A stretch of DNA of 59,957 nucleotides, the filler included, from Jimgerdemannia flammicorona (lineage: Eukaryota): assembly GCA_003990765.1 (NCBI GenBank). It is 3 parts of 3 records of this genome, joined end to end, with 100 filler letters (N's around TTAATTAATTAA, not from the genome) between each part and the next. Parts side by side here need not be neighbours in the genome. Positions count along the whole stretch, not along the records: positions 40,041 to 59,957 come from RBNJ01001806.1; 2 more parts are not named here. One strand, 5' to 3'. Made by a program: the position numbers and the translations under genes. The notes beneath the pieces are model-generated. The model had not been told where the DNA came from, did no database searches, and saw only the letters and a program-made list of their open reading frames with translations. Below are positions 50,204 to 59,957 of the stretch, in pieces. Positions within the stretch are counted from its first letter, which is position 1. Each line of letters opens with the position of its first letter.

Positions 50204-52328
50204 TGTAGCATATAATTTATATAGATCTAATTGCTAATAGATACTGATATATATAGCTCAATGGTGCCACTAATTATATATGTAGGCTATCAATATCTTT
50301 ACTAATAATATTATGGCTCAATGTTCAGTTAAACTGCTATTTAATTTGTTTGCATTTCTTACATTAGGTTGGAATTTACATATTATAAATCATTGGTCAC
50401 ATGACTAGGTATTTAGAATGGCAGAATGTTGGAACAGTCAAAGAATATTTTCTGTGAGTTTTCTAAGCTTCCTAGTAGTTAGCAATTGTTTCCTAGTATC
50501 TCTGATGAGTTTTCTGATAAGTTTTCCTAGGTCTGATACTCTGATTTTTATAGTGGCAGTAGTTCTTGGTATTCTAAGTGATAGTCATTTCCTTATCTGA
50601 CTGTAGCAGTGATTCTTAATAGTTCTTAATATTCAAATTTCTGTGGCAGCATTTAGAGTTTTTTTCCAAAGTTCTTATACTTGACTTTTCTTGACTTTCA
50701 GAACTTAAGTTGGTAAAACTAATTGACTTGTATCTTTGAACATATAGTCTTATATGTATCTTAAATCTTGAATTTTAGGATCTTATATCTAATTTCTGTA
50801 GCAGTGATAGTAAGAGTGATTTTCTTTGGCTTTTGGAGTATTTTTTCAAAGTTCTTATACTTGACTTTCCTTGTCTTTCAGAACTTAAGTTGGTATTGTC
50901 TTGTGTTATATATCAATTGACTGAGATTTATTTACTACAGATCAGAGAGATATTTTTACAGATTTCAGGCTATATATATAACTGGGTATTTGGTTAAAAC
51001 TCATAATTACTAGAAGATACTATTTAGTACACTTTTGGAATTCAGGTGACTAACTAACTAAAAAAGACTAGTTTTATATTTGTGATAAATTTGGCTAGTT
51101 AATATATAGTCACTGTTTATATAATTAACTAATTAACCTGAATATGACTAGTTAAATATACAATTACTAACTTACTCAAATTTGGCTAATAGAGTTATCT
51201 TTATATATTTTAAAGTTCAATATGATAGAGATTATATCATTCTTATCTTTCTTCTCATTTTCTTCAGAGAGTCTGGCTAAATTATTTTCTATATTTTTCA
51301 CAGTTGTGTTAGAGTCAGTAAGAGGGTCTTAAAAGGGGGAAAGGAAGTTGTAGGTATCATCTTCTAGTAAAATAAGTGAGTTGTCATTATTCTCCAAGTT
51401 GTCTGAAATAATATCATTCTGCTCTTAAGGTCTTTAGTCAATAGTGAGGTCATCTACAAAGTAGGAAACATCTGTAGAGTTCTGAGAGTAGTGGACTCTC
51501 AGGGGAGAGCCTTGAAATAGTGCAATCAGACTATAGAGAAATTGGTCTAGATTATCCTCTAGAATAGAGTTCCAAAGATCTTGAACTTTATTACTCTTAA
51601 CTATGATAGTAGATTGGATCTCCTTAGCAACTATTTCCTTAAGATAGTCTATATAATAGCTTGTCAATTCTTGAATATTAGAGATCTTGATATACTTGAG
51701 ATTGGAAATAGCCCAGAGTATATGTCTGAAGATCTGATAGACTCTTCTGATCAGTTTTTACTTATATCTGTTTAATCTTTAATTTCTTGAGAGCTGGTCT
51801 GTAAGAACTTCTAGTAGAGGTGAGATCTCATTTCATATTCTTGCTAAATCCAGAGGTACTTAGTAATAGTTGTAATTCTTATCTCCATTTTCTGGTAGTT
51901 GAGGATATAGTGATAGGTGTCTCTTGTATAGAGGTTTAAATTAGGGATCCTTCTTGTATACTGTCTTATTATCCTCTTTATATCAGTAAATATTTATTCT
52001 TAAACTGATGAATCTGAATAGCCCCTTGATCTTGCTGTTTGGCAGATGACAGATATCTTATTTTGTAATGAGTTTGTAATTAATGCCTTACCCTCCTTCT
52101 CTTAATATTTCTTTTATATCTTGAGAGTCTGCTCCTTTGATCTAAAGTATAGAGTTATCTGACTTAAGTAATATACTGCTGGAGTCATTATGAGTTATCA
52201 TGAGTTTGGTTATAGATTATCTTATAATCAAGATGAGTCACAGTTAAGTTATAACTTGTAACTGATAGCTTGCTAAGCCTAAGTAGTCTTCAGATTCTGA
52301 TATCACTAGTTTCAAAGGTATTGTTATA
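50204..52328 (-). mobile_element. 5' LTR (~2.1 kb) containing the third copy of the LTR ORF
   Basis: Ends TGCTACA before the PBS; starts TATAACA (from TGTAGCA); its first ~150 bp resemble 25331-25480; internal direct repeat at 50640-50720 and 50790-50895. Confidence 0.72.
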
Positions 52329-53304
52329 ATATATATAATAATCTTAAATAATATATAGATATATAAGCCAAAATATAAGTATACTAAGTATAAGTATAGC
52401 TCTATAATAAAAAAAAACTCAGTTTCTACTATTATAAGTATAATAAAAAATATAACTAGTAAAATAAATATAGTTATTAGTATTTGAGATAATAAATAAT
52501 TCTCAGAGTAAATAAAATTGAAGTCTAACTTAATTTAAGCTTTAATTTAAACCTTCATTTTTAAAATTTAATAACTTATCTTATTTAGAAAAATCTAATA
52601 TAATAAAGATCATTAAATTTGGATATATTTTGGTTTAGTTATTGGATTTTAAATTTGTCTCTTAATTTAAATTGAATTGAATCAGATTTTAATTTATGTA
52701 ATTTAAATCTAATTTGATTTGGAAATATTAGTAATAAAGAAGTTCTCACTAGTAATAGAGATAATTGTAAGTTCTTTTTGATAATAGAAATGACTATAAT
52801 AAAGTTCTCTTAGTAATAGAGATATTTATAATAAAGATATTATAACATATCTGGCTCAATAGAGATAAATTACAAGATTGAGGATTGATGTAGTTTGGCT
52901 TGAGCCCCCAGTTACTTTATTAAAAGCAAAAAAATATTCTTAGTATTTAGTGATATAATAGTCAATTTGAATATAATGGTAATTCCTCTAGTTGTATAGT
53001 AGTTGATTTGTATATTGATTTTCTTATTGAGACAGTTCTCTGGATATAGTGATAATTTGTGAATGGGTTTCCTTCTTGGGTCAACTGGGAATTGATAGAA
53101 TTTTATATGTAGTGCAACAATCTCCTTATGTGTGATGGTCTGGTAATTTAGCAGTTTTCCTTCTTGGGTAACAGTAATCTCCAAAGGTAGGCAGTTTCTG
53201 GGAGATGATCTTTATATAGCATAGTGGTTTCCTAAAACAGTGGCTTACTGGAAATTATTCTGGTAGCAGGTTCTTCTATATTGGCTCACTAGAAATAAAC
53301 TAAT

Positions 53305-53520
53305 AACTCAGATATCTCAGATATCATGGATAACTTGGATAACTCAAATAACTCAGATATCATGGATTCTTTCTAAATTGATGGACTCTCTGAGAATATT
53401 ACTCAGATGACATGGATAGCTCAGATGACTCAGATAATATAGATTCTTCCTGAATTGGCAGGGTTCTTCTGGAAATGTGGTGAATAACTTAAAAATGGTA
53501 GATAATGTAGATTCTTTCTA
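53305..53520. repeat. 9-bp tandem repeat (AACTCAGAT-like) in decayed repeat DNA
   Basis: Recurring TAACTCAGA / CATGGAT units in three blocks. Confidence 0.65.
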
Positions 53521-54143
53521 ATTCAGTAGCTTTAACTGAGAAATATATATAACTAGCAGCTTTGGGAAAGGGTCTCTTGGCAAAGTTGTGTCAAAGACTA
53601 GCTTTATTTGTATGAATGGATTCACTGCAAAGTTATATTAGAAACTGGCTTAAGTAAGACAGCTTTCTCTTAGATGGTAAAAAAGATAGAAATCTGTAGG
53701 CTTATCTAGTAAGTGAACCAAAACAGACTTGTTCTTTGTATTGAAAAGTGGACTAGAGTGGGAAAGAGGTAAAGCTCACAATCTCCTAATAGTGGCTGTA
53801 GAGCAGGCATTTCTATTAAGTGTTATAATTCTTCCTAGATCAAGTGGCTTTTGGCAGATATATCTCTCAAAGTGTAGTAGGCAGACTTGTCTTTTACTTT
53901 GTGTTTTGGAACTAAGGTTTATTCACTCTTGTCTCTGGGATATTTTATACTATTGTGATTGCTACTGGTTACTATATTGCTAACTATAGATTGCTAACTA
54001 TGGTAAGTATTCCTTGAGAGTACAGTATACCTTGAGGATATAGTATATCTTGAGAGTATGGTATACCTGGAGGATATAGATAAATATACTGTTTCTGGTA
54101 TTTCTGGCTAAATATATAAGTTGGCACAATAAAGCAGTCTTGG

Positions 54144-54149
<6 letters not shown>

Positions 54150-54182
<33 letters not shown>

Positions 54183-55351
54183 GGACTCTATGTTCCATGG
54201 AATTTTATTGGAAGAGAACCTAGACTGTATAGGCCAAAACTCTCCCCCACCACCCACCAAGCACTGCCCCCCCATTAGCCTAGGCTAGCTATTGTCCAGC
54301 AGCTTGACCATGCTAGGCACAGCAGGGCAAAAAGAAGCCTGCACCTCATTCTACACACCATGCTCTCCCTACCACCAGGGGAAACCCAGCCATATGCCAA
54401 TGACCAAAAGCGCATGCCTGAGAACCCAACGTATGTACAAGGCTATGCCCAAGCTGAATAGAATAGCCCCTACCACTCCAAAGAGAATGACAGGCAAAGA
54501 AAAAACTCTCATCAAAGCACAATATGGTGGGTAGGGCCTGGTTCTCCCAGTCGAGGTGAGTAAAGAACTTACATGTGAGGTAGGAGGAAACCCCCAATAC
54601 CCCACTACTCAAGCCTGTGGGCCTCGATCACATTGCCATGTCAGCTCCCGGTTCCAGTTGAGTGCAGCCAAGACGCCTGAAATGGGTAGCCTCAGGCCCC
54701 CCGACCCCCCCTGATGACTGGGGCCTCACCCCACTACCCGCCAAAAGAAGCCAAGAGTGACACCTACCACCTAACTACGCCGCACCAATCAAAAGGCTCC
54801 ACCGAAGCAGCACCTGCCCCAGCCCTGATGACTGCCCCCAGCCTGGCACCCTACTGATCCACCATTATCACCCTTCCTCCTATCTGTGATGGCCATCTCC
54901 CCTTCCAACCCAACAACACCTGAAAAGCAGTCACCTATGCCAGAACTGTGCTCGCCGGGAAGCTTGCCAAAGCCAGAGGGCCCCACCACAGGCACCAAAG
55001 ACCTGCAGGTAACCTACACTGGGCACTTGACGCCCAAGATCGGCCGACTCTCTACATAGCCCGAGACACACCGAGACAACACCTTGTTGGCGATGGCAAA
55101 AGGAAGAAGGCGCTGCACCAAAACGGGTATATCCCAGATGCAGCTGAAGGCACTAGAATCTGCAAAAAAGTGGAGAAAGCACCGATCCGACACCAATAAA
55201 GGGGCAACTCAACACCATTGCCCTCCTCCCACCATGCCCCTACAGGCACAGCAAACCAACCCGAGGTAGAGGGGGTAATAATAGAAGAAAGGGGACTCAG
55301 AAGGTCACCTACCAAACCTTGTGACCGGTAAGGTAGCGGAGAAAGGGAATG
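54150..55351 (-). mobile_element. 1.2-kb non-autonomous poly(A) retroelement with 16-bp TSD
   Basis: Poly(T) at ~54148-54179 with AATAAA upstream on minus; TSD GCAGTCTT(G/A)GTTACTT at 54134-54149 and 55352-55367; 5' end CATTCCC; second copy at 30884-32105. Confidence 0.88.
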
Positions 55352-56473
55352 GCAGTCTTAGTTACTTAGTACACTAGATATAGTATATGGCTAATTTATA
55401 ATTTTGGCAATACAATTCTGTTGCTTGTAATTTGATAATAGAGATAATTATGATAATAAAGTTCTCTTAAATAGTAGAGATAATTATAGTAATGAAAAAG
55501 TCTTTTATAGCTTATATAGTAAATATAATAAATTAGTTCAATGAGATTTATAATATAATTAGTAATAAGATTAGTATATATAAGTATCTATATCTAATAA
55601 TGATAAGTGTAATAACAAAAATCTTCTACAGCTCTTATAGATAAAATAAAAAATACTAACTATTGAAATTCTCATTATTATATATCTTAATGATATGGCT
55701 TAAATATATAATTCTTTATAACTATATCATCTTTGAGCTATATCACTTAATGTATAAAAATGTAAGTAATTAATAAATAATACTATTGCTCTTCTCCCTA
55801 CTCTATATTCTCATCATATTCATATCAAAGATTATAAGTCCTACTTAGTAGCTAAAAAGAAATACCTCTCTAAGACTATATATTACTCTATATTAAGATA
55901 TTATAAAAGATAAATCAAGGAGCCAGTATAAGTATATCAAATATAATAGATATAAATACTTCTGAAATAGATTTCAATCTCTATAGCTAGTATAAATACA
56001 GCCAAGTGATCAATTTCTATCTTTGATAATAAGAATTATACTATTTGAATATTCTATATAAGTAATCTTCTAGAAGAATATAACTTAGTAGAGTATACAA
56101 AACTACAGAGATAGATTCAAGATTACAATATTATAAATAATTACTAAGTATTATATGAGATCACATTTATATTATCAAATTCATAAATAAAGTATATAAT
56201 ATATACAATGACTACTTATAAAGTATGAGATATTATGTAATTATTATATATAAACATTTACATTGTATCAGTTTGTCCTGAAATCTCAGCTATTCAATTT
56301 ATAAATGAAGCCTAAGAAAAGTATCTGTAAATATACTAATTATATTAATAATCTGATAAATCAATTGAATTTTTTAAGTATATCAGCAGACTGTAGAGAT
56401 GATAAAGATAAGGTTCTGGTCTTAATATGAAGTCTCTTTGAGATATATAATATTTAGTACCTTTTTCTGGTAT

Positions 56474-59400
56474 AATTTATATTATACAAACTTTAAGCAA
56501 TATCTTTCAATACAACTCAGAAAAAAGATACTAATAATATAACATCAAGTAAGAGTTCTAATAGATATACTAGATCAGGAGGACTTGAGACATTTAGCTG
56601 ATAGTATATAGAGAGAAGTTATGGCCTGGTGATGGGCCCTTTTAGAGGTACAAATAGTGGTGAAGAATCTGGAGAAGAGTTAGTGTCAGGTGGAAATAGG
56701 GGCAGATCTGGGTCTATAAGTTTTGCTGATAAGATGAAAGAGAGTAGATAGCTGGTAAGTACTTAGGCTAGTATAGCTGAAAGGAAATGTATGGCTTACC
56801 TGGAGAGGGCAGAAGGTCCTATGCTCAGGGGAGTGGGTGTAGGAGTAGGAGGGGCTGTGGCTGAGAGCAGTAGTATAACTGCTGATAGAGATATAAAAGA
56901 GTATCTGGAAAAATAAACAAAAAAAAAAAAAAAAAAAAGAGATGTGATAGCTGATAATAGAGCTATACTGGGGGATAGACAGAGGTAGGGAGACATAGCT
57001 GATGATATAACAGACCTGGTAGTAGCTCTATTATTCAAGAAATTTATCTCAGAGTTTATAGTCACATTATACTTCCAGAGCTTAGCAGTAATGGCAAAGG
57101 TGGTACTGGAGCTGATCTTGAAGAAGATAGCTAGAGCTACCTCAGTAAAGTTCCTGAAGAGGTTTTAGAGAGTTGAAGTGGGCTTTGAGGAGGCTGTCTC
57201 CTTGTAGGAGGCATCAAAGACTAGATTGACTATAGGAGAGATAGTGGTTCTAATAGCTTGCTATCTAAGGTGAGACTTCAGGGTGGTCCAGCTATTAGTG
57301 AAAGGTGTGCCCATGGTGACAATGGTTGAGATAAGGAAGAGGATAGAGAAAGTTATGGCTGAGTATAGTGAGGTTGCTGACATTGGTTTGCAGGTCTGAG
57401 AGGGGACTTTATTCAGAATAGAGAATGTAGATATCAGACTCCAGCTGGCTGGAAAGGAGGCTATAGAGAAGCTGCAGAACTAGTCCTCAGTATTGATGTG
57501 GAGTACATCTATCTACAAGGTGATAAGAGTAAAGAAGAGTATAGAGGAGGAGAAAGATCTGGTGAAGATATTGGAGGAGCTTAGTGGAGTGATGGAGCAG
57601 TGGACCAAGGTGTGGTAGGTATATATAGACTTAATATACCTAGAAGTAGTAGATAAAAAGTACATTCAAGTGGATAAGAGGCAGTGGAAGAGGGCTTAGA
57701 GGTATAAGTGATAGAAGGAGTTACTGGCAAGTTTGAAGGAGAAGGAGAAAGTATCACCTAGTTCTAATAGAGTCTCAGGGAGTATAAAAAAGAGTGTCTG
57801 GATGGATGATGATATAGGGAGGAGTGTGAAGACTGTGGGTGAGAGCCAGAAGATAAGGGATCAGATTCTCTATGATAATAGTATACTAGAGATATGAGAG
57901 GAGGGTAAGATTATGAGAGAGTAGTCTGAAGTTATACAGTTAAAGGTTGGTGAGGATATAGAGATATTGAGAACTCACTATATTCAATTTGAAGTATCTG
58001 ACATATATAGCAAGTGGGGGGCAGATGGTTGGGATTGGGAGAATGAGCTGGTAGATATTCCTAAGGAGAAGTGGGATAAGTCTGCAAGTACTGGGGCTGA
58101 TACTATAATGCTAGAGAATGGCAGACCAGTGACCCCTAAAGGCAAGGAGATTGGTAACCTATAGTGGATGTACCAGGTGATAAACAACTTAGTAGCTGAG
58201 AAGTTAGAGAATATAGACCTGTGAGTTATAAGTGAGAAGCACTGAATAAGAGCACTGCAGAGAAATAATATTGTAGAGACCCTGATAACTGAGATGCTGG
58301 TAGTATTCCTGGATGAGAAAAGATATGCAGTAGATGATATAAGAGAGACTAAGTTGGTGGTGGCTGCTAGGAAGTATACAGTCTTTTGGTGGAAACAGAG
58401 GCATAGACTAGAGATCTAATAAGAGATATGCTTGAAATACTAAGAGGAGATGGAGAAGAAGGATGGTACAGCATTGGCCAAGCTTTTGATTAGGTAAGAG
58501 ATTAAGTAGGTTGAGAGAAAGGAGGCTACTGTGGAATATAGATTAGACTTAACTAGAGAGGAGATAAATATTATGCTATAAAGAGGATATATCTATTGGG
58601 ACTTCTTTCTCTTGAACCATACTGGTCAAAAGGCCTGAGTGGAAATTAGATCCCTATGGTTTAGGAAAAGGAAGGCCATCAGTACCCCAAGGTTAAGTAT
58701 ACCTGAAGCAGCAAGAGAAGAGGAGTCTGATAGTATCAAGTTGCTCCAATCTCAAGGCTATAGTTTTTAAGAACCCAAGGTTTTAATGCTTCAGAGATCA
58801 GATGGTATAATGTAGGCTCTGGGAGCTATTAGCAACAATGCAAGGAGATGAGAAGCTATTCTTCTGATAGCATGGCCAGCTTCATAGTGAGTGTCTAACT
58901 TATTAGTATACTCTGGTAAGCTGGGGGATATGGGTCAGGCCCTTAGACTTGCTTTCATACTGGGGGGACTTTTACTGCTTCTTTAAGACATAGAGGTGTC
59001 TTGGGTGATTTTAGAAGATGCCTAGAGGATTTTGAAAGGTATAGCTGATGATTGGCCAAGATAGATGAGGTGAATTCAATATATGGTACAATGGTGGCAG
59101 ATGATTAGTAAATATTGAATAGTGCAATATAAGATAGTGGAACAATTAGACCAGGAGATTGGCTAGTGATGGAATGATAATTAGCAAGATTATTAGTAGG
59201 GTGACTACTTCACTGCTTTGGAGAGAGGGAAGCTAGTAGACTGGGTGCAGTACTGCAGGGGTACTGGAGGTACTGGAGTCACATCCAGTGACCCTTTGGA
59301 GCAAGGCCAGATATGATAGCAGTGCCACTTGAGATGCTGGTGTCACAAGCCAAACAGTGACTTCTGACTCAGAGCTAGACAGAGAGAGTAGTAGTCAGAT

Positions 59401-59949
59401 GGCAGACCCATTTGTTAGATATATAGGCTAGTATAGAGTAGCTAAAGAGGGGTGGAGTTACTTATTATTGGGGTTTATTCCTGGAGATGATATTAGGTAA
59501 GGGGTGTCCTGAGACTACCCCTTAGAGAGAACCAGGTCTCTACTACCTAGCATTGGTCAGATTAGATATAGAGTATCTCAAGGCTACTCTAATAGAGAGA
59601 ACCAGACCCTCTTTATCTCAAACCTGGGGACTGAGCCTATATACCACTTTATTTTTTTATTTTACAATCAATATGTAATATTTGTATGAGGGGGTCAGTT
59701 GTGGCCTTAGTGGGGACATTGTTACCAACAGGAAGAGAGAAGTGAGAGTGGCCCAGAATGGAGAGAACTAGGTCCTGGCCACCTTGGCTCTACTAAGGTT
59801 AGGTGCTAAGTAGCTCAAGACTACTCTGTTATATAGTCTGATCTCACTTACTTCTTGTCAGGAAATCTGGAGAATGTTTTCCTGCTGTTTGCTATATTAT
59901 TGTGTTTTGAATAAATAAGTATAGAAAAAAAAAAAAAAAAAAAAAAAAA
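56474..59949 (+). mobile_element. ORF1-only (HAL1-like) non-LTR element: decayed ORF1, 1.35-kb non-RT tail, poly(A)
   Basis: 56474-58580 is colinear with 14043-16137; after it no APE or RT motifs are seen; AATAAA near 59910 and poly(A) at ~59925-59949. Confidence 0.8.
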
Positions 59950-59957
59950 TTTATTTT

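Noticed and set aside
54700..55315. Trp/Gly-rich ORF in the 1.2-kb element
   Set aside because: No convincing ATG start or motif; it may simply reflect G/T-rich composition.
55370..56470. Possible DNA-transposase remnant (also 20023-21960 and 52330-54130)
   Set aside because: Too AT-eroded to recover any diagnostic motif by eye.
58800..59060. RNase H similarity in the half-LINE tail (SNNARR*EAILL, VILEDA)
   Set aside because: Only loose resemblance; the first catalytic Asp motif was not found and the sequence is too decayed to call.

Overview
Eukaryotic, intron-containing DNA from a fungus, probably an early-diverging Mucoromycota-type lineage (inference from gene style and repeat content). 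The window is three unrelated ~19.9-kb pieces (1-19922, 20023-39940, 40041-59957) joined by artificial N-TTAATTAATTAA-N linkers. Two CpG-normal gene islands (about 1-9150 and 32350-39940) carry tRNA-Leu(AAG), an intronless and divergent complex I PSST/NDUFS7 gene, an SDR, a DHA1-type MFS transporter, ERG6, a Uma2-like nuclease pseudogene and a cytochrome P450 broken by an internal inversion. The rest is nested retroelements (L1/Tx1-like LINEs, Ty3/gypsy elements with dUTPase, non-autonomous poly(A) elements) plus a hAT MITE. The main observations are: (1) an unknown ~250-aa protein encoded inside the LTRs of two different gypsy families and conserved at protein level in three copies; (2) repeat-restricted, age-graded C>T/G>A hypermutation at CpG and also CpA, i.e. 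RIP-like; (3) dUTPase at two different polyprotein positions; (4) an ORF1-only and a 1.2-kb non-autonomous LINE partner that share end motifs; (5) a P450 whose 1.4-kb core is flipped between 6-bp inverted repeats. All assignments come from reading motifs by eye; no searches were run.
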